Source: Candidatus Woesebacteria bacterium RIFCSPLOWO2_01_FULL_39_23
Lineage (GTDB): Bacteria > Patescibacteriota > Microgenomatia > UBA8517
Assembly (NCBI GenBank): GCA_001793095.1
Contig: MGHG01000009.1
Coordinates: 90,391 to 154,390 of the forward strand
DNA length: 64,000 nt
Direction of reading: 5' to 3'
The notes under the pieces: generated by a model
Told to the model about the DNA's origin: nothing
What the model saw: only the letters and a program-made list of their open reading frames with translations
Databases searched by the model: none
Shown: in pieces, positions 25,968 to 35,796 of the stretch
Layout of the letters: the number at the start of each line of letters is the position of its first letter
Numbering within the stretch: the stretch's first letter is position 1
Made by a program: the position numbers and the translations under genes

Positions 25968-27737
25968 ATGAAAAGTATATATAAGATCATAAAACTAGCG
26001 AAACCGCAACATAAGTTAATTATTGTTGCGTGTGTATTGATTACAATCCAGGCGATTCTGCAGCAATTAACTCCAATCACACTAAAATATGTTGTTGATG
26101 AATTATCAAAGCAAATTAGCCAAGGTAATGGCAATTTCCAGAAATTAACATATTTATTTGTTCTTATTCTTTCAATCAATATTGCAATTGTAATTATTAA
26201 TGCTGTCAGTCAGCGTTTGGGCGACTACATATCCTCCCGACTAGCCAGACATCTTACCGAAATTTACTACCGTAAAATCTTTACCTTATCTCAGGTATAT
26301 TTTGATTCGGAAATCTCGGGGAAAATCGTTAATCAACTTAATCGGGGAATTCTGTCAATCCGTGAATTTGTCGGGACGTCGACAAATTTTATTTTGCCTG
26401 CCTTGCTCCAGGCAATATTCGGAATAGCAGTTCTTTCCTATTTTGACTTAGGTATTGCTGTTATGGCGCTTGCTGTATTTCCTGTCTACATAGCTATTTC
26501 AAGTTACTCGACACGTAAATGGGGTGAAATTCAAAAAGAGAAAAATATTCACGAGGATGCGACCCGGGGACGTATCCAAGAGGTGATAAGCAATATTAAA
26601 TTGGTAAAAACTTACAATACCCAGGGGCACGAGTGGAAGTATGTTTCAGATGAATATCAAACTATTAATAACCTATACGATAAACAGTCGCTCCAGTATC
26701 ATATTCTAAACTTCATTCGTGAGTTTGGTTTGGAAATTACATTCGTAATCATCCTTTATATAATATTCCGCAAAACTTTCTTGGGGGATCTGACACTCGG
26801 AGAAATGGTTTTAATTATTCAAATTCTAAATCAACTGCGCTGGCCGCTTTTTGGCATGAGTTATATTTTAGAGCAGATTCAGCGGGCAGGGTCTGATTCT
26901 AAAGAGTTTTTTGAAGTTTTGGATCTTCCGAGTCGTGAAGTTTTTCATACAAAAAAACTTTCTCCATTAATAAAAAATCCTGAAATTAATCTAGAGAAGG
27001 TAAAATTTGCTTACGAGGACGGTTCGCCCGTTTTGTCAGGTGTCTCACTTGATCTGAAAAATCACGAAACCGTCGCATTTGTCGGACATTCCGGTGCCGG
27101 TAAAACAACTTTGGTTAATTTAATTTTAAAGCTGTATGAACCGACGAGTGGAAAAATGATGCTGTCCTCAAAGGATTACTCGAAAGTAAGTCACGCCTGG
27201 ATACGTGACCACATCGCACTGGTTTTCCAAGACAATGAGTTGTTTTCTTCAACAGTCCGGGAAAACGTTACCTATGGAGCCAATAAAGTAACAGATACGC
27301 AGATTATTACTGCTCTTAAACAGGCAAATGCTTATGATTTTGTCATGAAATTCAAAGACGGACTTGACGCAAAGATTGGTGAGCGGGGAGTTAAACTTTC
27401 GGGAGGACAAAAACAACGAATACAAATTGCCAGAGCAATTTTGCATAATAAGCCTATATTAATTATGGATGAGGCAACGAGTAGCTTAGATTCTAAATCC
27501 GAAAGACTTGTTCAGGATGCGCTACAAAAATTATTCCAAAAAAGACTTGTAATTATTATAGCCCACCGCTTCTCAACCATCCAAGACGCTGACCGAATTG
27601 TTGTTATCGATAAAGGTAAAATTGCCGATATCGGAAGACCAAGCGAGCTTGCTAAGAGAAAAGGCGTATATTCTGAACTCCTCCAGTACCAAATAGAAGG
27701 AAATAAAAAACTTCTAAGCGAATATGAACTGCAGTAA
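25968..27737 (+). CDS. ABC exporter, fused permease + ATPase (MsbA/type I exporter-like)
   Basis: Six N-terminal TM helices. Walker A GHSGAGKTT, ABC signature LSGGQKQRIQIARAIL and Walker B ILIMDEATSSLD. Confidence 0.85.
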   Translation: MKSIYKIIKLAKPQHKLIIVACVLITIQAILQQLTPITLKYVVDELSKQISQGNGNFQKLTYLFVLILSINIAIVIINAVSQRLGDYISSRLARHLTEIYYRKIFTLSQVYFDSEISGKIVNQLNRGILSIREFVGTSTNFILPALLQAIFGIAVLSYFDLGIAVMALAVFPVYIAISSYSTRKWGEIQKEKNIHEDATRGRIQEVISNIKLVKTYNTQGHEWKYVSDEYQTINNLYDKQSLQYHILNFIREFGLEITFVIILYIIFRKTFLGDLTLGEMVLIIQILNQLRWPLFGMSYILEQIQRAGSDSKEFFEVLDLPSREVFHTKKLSPLIKNPEINLEKVKFAYEDGSPVLSGVSLDLKNHETVAFVGHSGAGKTTLVNLILKLYEPTSGKMMLSSKDYSKVSHAWIRDHIALVFQDNELFSSTVRENVTYGANKVTDTQIITALKQANAYDFVMKFKDGLDAKIGERGVKLSGGQKQRIQIARAILHNKPILIMDEATSSLDSKSERLVQDALQKLFQKRLVIIIAHRFSTIQDADRIVVIDKGKIADIGRPSELAKRKGVYSELLQYQIEGNKKLLSEYELQ

Positions 27738-27750
27738 ATTTTCTTTCATA

Positions 27751-28941
27751 TTAAATAAATCTAACCTGCATGCCGTCAAGAGCCTGTAAGGATAGGGAGA
27801 CTTCTTGGCCGGGGAATTTTGAACCGATAGCCCAGATTTTTGCGTGCGTTCTTTCTTCTGCGAAATCAGGCCCAATTTTTTGTGCAACTTCGAATAAACT
27901 TGCCCCTTTTTTCATAACGATAGGGCTATTAAAATTCGGCTCTTCATCGAGGCGAACAAGATAAACATTGATAAAACCAAGAGTTTCCCAAATCCTTTCT
28001 TTTAAATGGTCTAGTCCGTAATCTTTTACTGCACTTATGTATGATATATCATTACCCGCCTGCAACGCTTGATGCGTCCCGCTCGCATCGCTACGCGAAA
28101 CGTCTCGGGCGAGAGCATCCGCGGGTAGGTATGTAACATTATCATTCGGCTGCATAATAATTTCTTTGTTTAACATGTCCGATTTATTTATAACAGAAAT
28201 TGAGGGGGTGTAAACGCGATTTAGTGATAATGCATCGATTAATCTTTCCAAACTTAAGTTTTCATTGATTGTTATTTCCGCGTTTTTTATTCCAAGTTCA
28301 CTAATAACACTTTTAAAAGTTTCTCTCGTGAGGTCTTGTTTAATATTGGAGTGAATGATAAGTCCTCCAGAAACTTTTTTGTCCACTATTATATTTGGTC
28401 GCACAATATCAAGTCTAATTCCGTTTCTTTCGAGTGCAGCCTTAATTCTTTCAATAGCCTCAGGTCTGTCGATGTCCGTCATTAGAATTATCAGGTCAGC
28501 CCCTCGAGCTACCGACAAAACTTCACGTCCTCTTCCCTTCCCTTCTTCTGCACCCTCAATTAGACCAGGAACATCCAAGATTTGGATTCTGGCATTTTTA
28601 TACTCCATCATGCCCGGAATAACTGATACGGTTGTAAAAGAATAGGGAGCCACTCTGCTTCTTGCGTTTGTAAGTCTATTCAGAAGAGTTGATTTTCCGG
28701 CTGACGGTGGACCTATTAATATTACAGTTGCATCTCCCTGGTGCTTTACTGCATAGCCTTGACCTCCTCCACCTCTTGATTTTGAGGATGTTTCTATTTG
28801 TTTATCTTTCAGCCTTGCAATTCTAGCCCTGAGCCTTCCGATATGGTGCTCGGTACCTTTATGGTAAGGTGTGTCGCGTATTTCTTTTTGAATGGCTGAA
28901 ATTTGTTCACCTATATGATCAATATCGGAAAAATCACTCAT
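27751..28941 (-). CDS. DRG/Obg-family GTPase with C-terminal TGS domain; carries a 33-aa in-frame inserted element
   Basis: G1 GPPSAGKSTLLN, DVPGLIEGA and a C-terminal TGS-like ...QVRFI. The N-terminal helix region resembles eukaryotic/archaeal DRG. The ORF-track start at 28998 overlaps tRNA-Arg(TCG); the Met at 28941 is preferred. Confidence 0.65.
   Translation of the reverse strand: MSDFSDIDHIGEQISAIQKEIRDTPYHKGTEHHIGRLRARIARLKDKQIETSSKSRGGGGQGYAVKHQGDATVILIGPPSAGKSTLLNRLTNARSRVAPYSFTTVSVIPGMMEYKNARIQILDVPGLIEGAEEGKGRGREVLSVARGADLIILMTDIDRPEAIERIKAALERNGIRLDIVRPNIIVDKKVSGGLIIHSNIKQDLTRETFKSVISELGIKNAEITINENLSLERLIDALSLNRVYTPSISVINKSDMLNKEIIMQPNDNVTYLPADALARDVSRSDASGTHQALQAGNDISYISAVKDYGLDHLKERIWETLGFINVYLVRLDEEPNFNSPIVMKKGASLFEVAQKIGPDFAEERTHAKIWAIGSKFPGQEVSLSLQALDGMQVRFI
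28041..28140. mobile_element. In-frame palindromic inserted element, copy 2 (~100 bp, 33 codons) inside the DRG GTPase gene
   Basis: About 94% identical to 6742-6841. It encodes DNVTYLPADALARDVSRSDASGTHQALQAGNDIS between conserved GTPase and TGS segments. Confidence 0.6.
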
Positions 28942-28983
28942 TTGAGGTATAATTATACAGGTTTTGAGCTTTGCCTGTATTAA

Positions 28984-29059
28984 GCGCCTGTAGTTCAATG
29001 GATAGAACGGCGGTCTTCGGAACCGACAATTGGAGGTTCGACTCCTCCCAGGCGCACCA
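28984..29059 (+). tRNA. tRNA-Arg (anticodon TCG) with encoded 3' CCA
   Basis: Cloverleaf built by hand: GCGCCTG acceptor, CTTCGGA anticodon loop, GGAGG-TTCGACT-CCTCC T-arm, A73 + CCA. Confidence 0.7.
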
Positions 29060-29106
29060 CGTCAAATAATGTGCTATATTTGAGGGTGTGAAGTTTACAT
29101 CGTGAG

Positions 29107-30810
29107 ATGAAATTTATAATAGTTTCCGGTGGCGTTTTATCCGGTCTTGGTAAAGGAGTTACGGCAGCTTCAATAGGACTTCTTCTTAAATCCTACGGAA
29201 TAAAGGTTACAGCGATGAAGTGTGATATGTATCTCAATATTGATGCAGGGACAATGAACCCGATTGAGCACGGTGAGGTGTTTGTCACCCACGACGGCGT
29301 GGAAACAGATCAAGACTTGGGCCACTACGAGAGATTTATTAATGTTACTCTGACTCGGGAGAATTATTTAACAAACGGATTAATATATAAGATCGTGTTG
29401 GATAAAGAGCGTGCACTAGAGTACGACGGTAAATGTGTAGAACCATATCATCATCTCCCCCCAGAAATAATATCCCGCTGGTATGAGGCCGGTAAAGTAC
29501 ATAATGCTGATGTTGTTATTGTTGAGCTTGGTGGTACTGTCGGCGAATATGAAGGTCTGCTTTTTTTTGAATCGGTGAGGAGGCTAAAACTTCAGAAACC
29601 CGGTGATGTGATTCTTGTACATGTGGGGTATCTACCTCTACCGCCATCGATAGGTGAACTAAAATCTAAACCGCTTCAGCAATCAATTCAACAACTGAAT
29701 TCGTTAGGGCTGCATCCAGACATTATTGTTGGCAGGGCTGAGAGAGAAATTGACAGTAAGAGAAGAGAAAAAATTGCTTTAGCCTCAGGGGTTCCAGTAG
29801 AAGATATCGTTTCGGCTCCTGACGTTAAAAGCATTTATTTAGTTCCGGAAGTGCTAAAAAAACAAAAAGTTGACAAACGGATTATGACTAAACTTGGGTT
29901 GAAAGCTACCAATAAGGATTTTGAAGAATGGCATATGATGACAAAAAGTATACTGGCAGCAAAGGGGCAAGTTAACATTGCGATTGTAGGCAAGTATCAA
30001 AAAACCGGAGATTATACACTTGAAGACAGTTATGTTTGTGTTGTAGAAGCGCTTAAGCACTCCTCATGGAGGAGTGGTGTAAATCCACACACAGTGTGGA
30101 TAGATTCAGAGATCTTAGAAGCTAAAAGCGATAAAGAAGTTACTGATGTATTTTCTGGGATAGATGGAATTATCGTACCTCAGGGTTGGGGAACTCGGGG
30201 AACAGAAGGAAAAATTAGAGCCGCAAAATTTGCAAGAGAGAATAACATACCCTATTTGGGCTTATGTTTTGGCATGCAGATGGCTTCAATTGAATTTGGC
30301 AGAAATGTAGTTAGGTTGAAGGGTGCAAATACCGAAGAGGTTGATTCCAAAACGGCATATCCGGTTATCCATATTATGCCGAATCAGGTTGAGTATCTTA
30401 AAAATAAACAATATGGCGGGACGATTCGACTCGGTGCGTGGCCGTGCGTAATAAAAAAGGGAACTCTACTTGAAAAAACCTATCGTGATAATAGTAATGG
30501 TCGGACTGCTCCTTGGTACCAACCGAATCCCTTATCTAAAATAAACCCCAATGATACATCAAACAAACTTATTATTTATGAACGCCATAGGCATAGATAT
30601 GAATTTAATAATAAATACAAAGATATGTTTGAGAAGTCCGGTTTTATTATTTCGGGTGTATCCCCCGATGGTGAATTGGTTGAAGCGATAGAGCTTAAAG
30701 GTCACCCGTTTTTTATCGGTACCCAGTTTCACCCGGAATATCTTAGCCGTCCACTAACCCCACATCCGATATTTTTAGCTTTTATCGATACCATAATTCA
30801 CAAATTGTAA
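29107..30810 (+). CDS. pyrG: CTP synthase
   Basis: N-terminal ...SGGVLSGLGKGVTAASIGLLLKS... plus a C-terminal glutamine amidotransferase domain (GLCFGMQ). 567 aa. Confidence 0.9.
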   Translation: MKFIIVSGGVLSGLGKGVTAASIGLLLKSYGIKVTAMKCDMYLNIDAGTMNPIEHGEVFVTHDGVETDQDLGHYERFINVTLTRENYLTNGLIYKIVLDKERALEYDGKCVEPYHHLPPEIISRWYEAGKVHNADVVIVELGGTVGEYEGLLFFESVRRLKLQKPGDVILVHVGYLPLPPSIGELKSKPLQQSIQQLNSLGLHPDIIVGRAEREIDSKRREKIALASGVPVEDIVSAPDVKSIYLVPEVLKKQKVDKRIMTKLGLKATNKDFEEWHMMTKSILAAKGQVNIAIVGKYQKTGDYTLEDSYVCVVEALKHSSWRSGVNPHTVWIDSEILEAKSDKEVTDVFSGIDGIIVPQGWGTRGTEGKIRAAKFARENNIPYLGLCFGMQMASIEFGRNVVRLKGANTEEVDSKTAYPVIHIMPNQVEYLKNKQYGGTIRLGAWPCVIKKGTLLEKTYRDNSNGRTAPWYQPNPLSKINPNDTSNKLIIYERHRHRYEFNNKYKDMFEKSGFIISGVSPDGELVEAIELKGHPFFIGTQFHPEYLSRPLTPHPIFLAFIDTIIHKL

Positions 30811-30855
30811 TTACTTCTATTTAACTTTAATATTAACTATGCGGGGCGGATTAAT

Positions 30856-33402
30856 ATGGAGAAATTGTGGAATTTAAACGGTGACAGGGTTTTAGAATTA
30901 CTTCAAACAAGTGATGATGGTTTAAGCACCGAGGAAGCTATAAAACGCTTCGAAAAATATGGTGACAATATAATCGGCGAGAAAAAACCTCCAAGCGCAA
31001 TAAAAATTTTTTTCAACCAATTTAAAAGTTGGCTCATATTAATTTTGTTATCTGCTTCAATCCTCTCCTTCTACTTAGGTGAACATATCGATGCCCTTGT
31101 AATTATATTTTTAGTTTTACTAAGCGTCACCTTCGGTTTTTTACAGGAATACAAGGCCAATAAGACAATTTTTGATCTTAAAAAATTCATTACTAATAAA
31201 TGCAGAGTATTAAGAGACCATAGGTGGGTATTAATTGACAGCAGAACCGTTGTTCCGGGAGATATAGTTGAGGTTCGTATCGGGGATAAAATTCCGGCTG
31301 ATATACGGATTCTTTCCGCTGATTCATTGCTGATAGATGAATCTATCTTAACGGGAGAGTCTTTACCTGTTAATAAAACTGATAGTACATTGACTGAGGT
31401 TTCCGAGAATCCATCGAAGCTTAAAAACATAGTTTTTATGGGTTCGACCGTATCTTCCGGAAAAGCTACAGGTGTGGTTATCGCCACAGGGAATAAAACT
31501 TTTTTTGGCAAAACTGCTCAAATATTAGAGAAGAGCGAACCTGAAACAGATTTTCAACAACAAATAAAAGCCTTCAGCGCCTTTCTTTTTAAAGTCATAA
31601 TTATTATGACCGTATTCATATTTATAAGTAACTCTTTACTTAAAAAGGAAATACTCGAATCTTTTCTTTTTGCACTTGCACTTGCAGTCGGGATAACTCC
31701 TGAAATGCTGCCTGCAATAATTACTGTGACGCTTTCACAGGGGGCCATTAAAATGGCTAAGAGAAAAGTTATAGTTAAAAGATTGATTTCTGTTGAAGAC
31801 TTCGGGAATATTGACACTCTTTGCATGGACAAAACGGGCACACTTACTGAAGGAAAATTCTCGCTTGATAATTATCAGGATTTGGAAGGAAAGAAGTCAG
31901 AAGAAATAATACTTTTTGGACTATTGTGTACCCGCGGTTTAGGAGAGAGATTACAGGGTGTAATTTCGGATCCTATTGATCGTGCAATTTGGCAAAGCGT
32001 TCAATCACATAGGCTTAAAGCTAAGCTGGCAACATATAAGTTTATTGATGGAAATGAGTTTGATTACGAAAGAAGAAGGATGAGCGTTCTGGTAAAATCC
32101 GGCGCCGAAAGTTCGTTAATTTCGAAAGGTGCGCCAGAGTCTATATTATCAATATCGACTCACGCAAACATTAACGGTAAAAACGTGAGACTTACTCCGG
32201 AGATTAATAAAAGAATCGAACAAGACCTAAATAAGATGGAAAAAGATGGTTTTAGAGTAATTGCTATTTCTAAAAAAGATCTGGCATCACGTACTTCGAG
32301 TAAAAACGATGAAAAAGATATGGTATTTATGGGATATTTACTTTTTAGTGATCCTGTTAAAATTTCTGTCAAAGAAGCAATCGAGCGTTTTACTAATTTG
32401 GGAGTTTCTTTAAAAGTACTTAGTGGTGACAGCCTTATAATAACGAAAAATATTGCATTTGAAGCTGGATTAAACTTTAAAAATAATGAAATGATAAGCG
32501 GTGATGAACTTGAAGGTATGAGCCAAGAGAAGTTTTCAGAAACAGTAAGAAGGGTAAAAATTTTTGCGCGTGTAACTCCGGAGCATAAATATAAAATAAT
32601 CAAAAGTTTGAATTATGAAGGTCATATTGTCGGATTTTTAGGGGACGGGGTCAACGACGCTCCCGCGTTGAGGGAGGCAGATGTTGGTATTTCTGTAGAT
32701 TCAGGAGTCGATATTGCCAAAGATGCATCAGACATTATTCTACTTAAAAAAGACTTAAAAGTACTTTCTGAAGGTATCGAGGCCGGTAGAAAAACCTTCG
32801 GTAATATTATGAAGTACATTCTGAATACGATATCTGCGAATTACGGTAACATGTTTACAGTTGCCCTTTCATCTTTGTTTCTGAAATTTATACCCCTCCT
32901 GCCTTCACAAATACTTTTAAATAATTTTATCAGTGATGTTCCCCTATTCGCTGTAGCCACGGATAATGTAGATCCCGATTTTGTCAAAAAACCCAAGCGA
33001 TGGAACATTTCTTTTATTAAGAATTTTATGGTTTCGTACGGATTTGTAAGCTCCGCTTTTGACTTGGTTTTAATTCTTCCGATGATATTTTTCTTTAACG
33101 TAAGTGTTGACGTATTCAGGACGGCCTGGTTCGTTGAGTCGAGTCTATCCGAAATGTTAGTAACTTTTACCATCAGAACAAAACTCCCCTTCTATAAAAG
33201 TAGGCCAAGTAAGTGGTTAATTGGGTTGAGCATGGGTTCTGCAGCAATAGTTCTAGCTCTATCATTTTTAGAGGTAAATATTTTTAAATTTGTGCGGTTG
33301 CCGATGTATGTTTGGGGGCTAATTATCGTTGACCTTGTTTCATATTTTATTGTTACGGAAATCTTCAAGAAGAAATTCTTTACAAAACTCGAAGAGAAGT
33401 AA
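30856..33402 (+). CDS. P-type cation-transporting ATPase (type II/IIIB, Mg2+/Ca2+-type)
   Basis: CMDKTGTLTEG phosphorylation motif, TGES-like TGESLPV and GDGVNDAPAL hinge. 848 aa with N-terminal cation-ATPase-N and 10 TM helices. Confidence 0.85.
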   Translation: MEKLWNLNGDRVLELLQTSDDGLSTEEAIKRFEKYGDNIIGEKKPPSAIKIFFNQFKSWLILILLSASILSFYLGEHIDALVIIFLVLLSVTFGFLQEYKANKTIFDLKKFITNKCRVLRDHRWVLIDSRTVVPGDIVEVRIGDKIPADIRILSADSLLIDESILTGESLPVNKTDSTLTEVSENPSKLKNIVFMGSTVSSGKATGVVIATGNKTFFGKTAQILEKSEPETDFQQQIKAFSAFLFKVIIIMTVFIFISNSLLKKEILESFLFALALAVGITPEMLPAIITVTLSQGAIKMAKRKVIVKRLISVEDFGNIDTLCMDKTGTLTEGKFSLDNYQDLEGKKSEEIILFGLLCTRGLGERLQGVISDPIDRAIWQSVQSHRLKAKLATYKFIDGNEFDYERRRMSVLVKSGAESSLISKGAPESILSISTHANINGKNVRLTPEINKRIEQDLNKMEKDGFRVIAISKKDLASRTSSKNDEKDMVFMGYLLFSDPVKISVKEAIERFTNLGVSLKVLSGDSLIITKNIAFEAGLNFKNNEMISGDELEGMSQEKFSETVRRVKIFARVTPEHKYKIIKSLNYEGHIVGFLGDGVNDAPALREADVGISVDSGVDIAKDASDIILLKKDLKVLSEGIEAGRKTFGNIMKYILNTISANYGNMFTVALSSLFLKFIPLLPSQILLNNFISDVPLFAVATDNVDPDFVKKPKRWNISFIKNFMVSYGFVSSAFDLVLILPMIFFFNVSVDVFRTAWFVESSLSEMLVTFTIRTKLPFYKSRPSKWLIGLSMGSAAIVLALSFLEVNIFKFVRLPMYVWGLIIVDLVSYFIVTEIFKKKFFTKLEEK

Positions 33403-33446
33403 TTTGTTTCGACACGCTCCCGCGAATGTTGAGCTTGTCGAAACAG

Positions 33447-33517
33447 AGCGGGTAGGGGGAATCGAACCCCCATAAAGAGATTGGAAATCTCTTGTTCTAC
33501 CATTGAACCATACCCGC
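33447..33517 (-). tRNA. tRNA-Gly (anticodon TCC)
   Basis: Cloverleaf built by hand: GCGGGTA acceptor, AGAGA/TCTCT anticodon stem, TTTCCAA loop, U73. Confidence 0.75.
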
Positions 33518-33538
33518 ATATGTTACATATTTTCAATG

Positions 33539-33670
33539 GCCAAGCTCCGCTTACAGCGCGTAGCGATGCCAAGCTTTGCTTACAGCGCGTAGCGATGCCA
33601 AGCTTTGCTTACAGCGCGTAGCGATGCCAAGCTTTGCTTACAGCGCGTAGCGATGCCAAGCTCCGCTTAC
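33539..33670. repeat. Tandem minisatellite, 29-bp unit x ~4.5 (GCCAAGCTYYGCTTACAGCGCGTAGCGAT)
   Basis: Directly adjacent repeats with no spacers. It sits between tRNA-Gly(TCC) and a duplicated 20-nt copy of the tRNA 5' end (33668-33687). Confidence 0.8.
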
Positions 33671-33816
33671 CATTGAACCATACCCGCGCGTCGTAACACG
33701 ACGCACTAATCGTATCACAATGCCTTTGCGTAGGATACTAACGCTAGTCGGTTACTCCTTTCAATCCTTCTGCTTTGCTCAGGATTGGTTTCTAACAATC
33801 AAATAATATGTTTTTG

Positions 33817-33888
33817 TCGGGGACCCGGGAATTGGACCCGGTGCCTCTCGCTCCCAAAGCGAGCATTCTACCGTCGAACTCGTCCCCG
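33817..33888 (-). tRNA. tRNA-Pro (anticodon TGG)
   Basis: Cloverleaf built by hand: C1-G72 acceptor, TTTGGGA anticodon loop. Confidence 0.8.
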
Positions 33889-33894
33889 GATCGG

Positions 33895-33980
33895 TGTCGG
33901 GAGGGAGACTCGAACTCCCACGAGACTAATGTCTCATCAGCTCTTAAGGCTGAGGCGTCTGCCAATTCCGCCATCCCGAC
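33895..33980 (-). tRNA. tRNA-Leu (anticodon TAA), type II
   Basis: Cloverleaf built by hand: GTCGGGA acceptor, CTTAAGA anticodon loop, hairpin variable arm. Confidence 0.8.
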
Positions 33981-34040
33981 TCGTCGAAAGGAACAAAGAT
34001 AGTATATTTTACTATTGAGACGTGTAAAGAGGCAAATATA

Positions 34041-34910
34041 TTATTTTTTTGTGCCGACGATTATAATTACGTCATAAGAAGAGCTGGAAGCGACTTTAGT
34101 GTCAGATTTGGCCACGGAGTATGTAGACTTAAGTAGTTCTTCGATTTTATCGTATACTTTTGATGGCGTATTTTCTTTGAGCTTAACCTCGGTATCTTCA
34201 TAGTCATAATTGTCAGCATTAGCAGTATCAGTCTTTTTAAATTTAGCTGAAGCTAAAAGATCCTTTACCTTTCCAGCTTCTCCTGGAATACCTGAGCCGT
34301 TAAGTATTTGAATGCTGTAGTCAGAAAATTTAACTTCACCCGATTCGGTGGCTCCCGGAGTTGTAGTAGGGGTAATGGTAATAGTAGGCGTACTTGTGGG
34401 TTCTGTATCTCCTTCGTCCCCCGTCTTTTTAGTCATATTCTTTTGGTAGTAAAGGAAACCGCCAGTGATAATTGCCAAGAGTGATAAAACCAAGAGTATT
34501 ATTAAAAATATTTTGAAAAAACTTTTTCCTTCTTTTTTCTCCGGAGTTTTATTTGTTTCGTCGTAATTTTCTATCCATTTATTCACACTGTCTTTTGAAA
34601 AGTCAGTCGACATGATATCTTTTTCAGGAACACTTCCGGTATCAGCTTGGGCTATTGTTGGAACCTTTGATTTTGCAGATGCATCCTCTGCCGGTTTATC
34701 TGAATCAATGAGACCAAAAGATGTCACCTTTGGAGCGTCCTCTGCAGCAGGCTCGGCTTTTAAATCAGGAACGAAACTCTTTTTTGGGGGGTCTGCCGGA
34801 TCCGGATCGTCATTTTTGGCTAGTTCCGCCGATTTCAGAGTATCCCCTGTTTTTACGGTAATGACTTCCTCCTCCTCGTTGTCGCTTGTCTTTTTACTAT
34901 CGGCAGCCAT
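34041..34910 (-). CDS. Hypothetical membrane protein with acidic low-complexity N-terminal region
   Basis: 289 aa with a single central TM helix and Pro/Thr-rich linkers. Confidence 0.35.
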   Translation of the reverse strand: MAADSKKTSDNEEEEVITVKTGDTLKSAELAKNDDPDPADPPKKSFVPDLKAEPAAEDAPKVTSFGLIDSDKPAEDASAKSKVPTIAQADTGSVPEKDIMSTDFSKDSVNKWIENYDETNKTPEKKEGKSFFKIFLIILLVLSLLAIITGGFLYYQKNMTKKTGDEGDTEPTSTPTITITPTTTPGATESGEVKFSDYSIQILNGSGIPGEAGKVKDLLASAKFKKTDTANADNYDYEDTEVKLKENTPSKVYDKIEELLKSTYSVAKSDTKVASSSSYDVIIIVGTKK

Positions 34911-34939
34911 ATATTAAACTAATATACATTTTTATGCAT

Positions 34940-34969
34940 AAAAGAATCTTTGTCAACACCCTATCAAAT
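34940..34969 (+). promoter_or_regulatory. Sigma70-like promoter for tRNA-His (TTGTCA-N18-TAAAAT)
   Basis: Hexamers read directly from the sequence about 20 bp upstream of the tRNA 5' end. Confidence 0.4.
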
Positions 34970-34990
34970 TTGGTAAAATACGATATACCT

Positions 34991-35064
34991 GGTGGGCATA
35001 GCTCAACGGTTAGAGCGCTTCCCTGTGGAGGAAGAGGTTGCGCGTTCGAATCGCGTTGCCTACC
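34991..35064 (+). tRNA. tRNA-His (anticodon GTG) with genomically encoded G-1
   Basis: G-1 followed by GTGGGCA...TGCCTAC acceptor, C73 discriminator, CTGTGGA anticodon loop. Confidence 0.85.
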
Positions 35065-35137
35065 CCCGAGTCAAACTCGGTTCCCCCGAATTTGAGGAGG
35101 TGTCGCGTTTGACGCGACCAATCAAATATATAGTTAA

Positions 35138-35425
35138 ATGAAGGAAACGTCTGACGTTTCCAAAATGAGATTTTATGTTTATATACCCTACTCCTTAAGA
35201 GATAATGGATTTTATATTAGTCTTACTTATAATTTAAAACGAAGACTTCTTGAACACTCGCATAGAATGGTGGACGCAACAAAAACTGGGGTTCCTTTAA
35301 AGCTTATCCATTACGAATATTTTATTAATCTGGAAGATGCGAAAGCACGAGAAAGATTTTTAAAAAGCGGTTATGGTCGTAAACAGCTTAAGGAAATTTT
35401 AAAAAGAACACTTCAAAAAATATAA
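35138..35425 (+). CDS. Stand-alone GIY-YIG nuclease family protein
   Basis: FYVYI..S..DNGFYISLTYNLKRRLLEH is the GIY-YIG signature. It lies 74 bp downstream of tRNA-His. Confidence 0.55.
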   Translation: MKETSDVSKMRFYVYIPYSLRDNGFYISLTYNLKRRLLEHSHRMVDATKTGVPLKLIHYEYFINLEDAKARERFLKSGYGRKQLKEILKRTLQKI

Positions 35426-35479
35426 GTCTTTCGAACTGTCCTATCGGCCACCCAACAGGAGAAAAGTGTCGGTTTATAA

Positions 35480-35686
35480 TTATTCATCACCTAGTCTGTT
35501 AATTATCTCGTCGTAAGGATTTTTTGCTTTTCTAGTATCATCATCGGAGTATTTGACTCGAACACCTTCAGGTAAATTTACAGCATCCCAGGTCAACATA
35601 GGTCTTTTGCCTTTTGCTCGAGCTTTATCAAACCTTTCTGCCGCTTCAAACAAATCTTTTGTTGGTGCTTGCGGAACATCTTTCAT
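35480..35686 (-). CDS. Hypothetical small protein
   Basis: 68 aa ORF in the AT-rich islet. Confidence 0.25.
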   Translation of the reverse strand: MKDVPQAPTKDLFEAAERFDKARAKGKRPMLTWDAVNLPEGVRVKYSDDDTRKAKNPYDEIINRLGDE

Positions 35687-35796
35687 AGAGTTAGTTTTAT
35701 TGTCATACCCGTTTTATTCTTCAATATCTCTAGGTATGTAAATTTACTTTTAGTATATTCCTCAAAATATATTTTTTCGTATCTTCTTAAGTAATA

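Noticed and set aside
33539-33670. Possible CRISPR array (regular direct repeats)
   Set aside because: The 29-bp units are directly adjacent with no intervening spacers. There are only about 4.5 copies, no cas genes are nearby and a tRNA fragment flanks them, so this is a minisatellite and not CRISPR.
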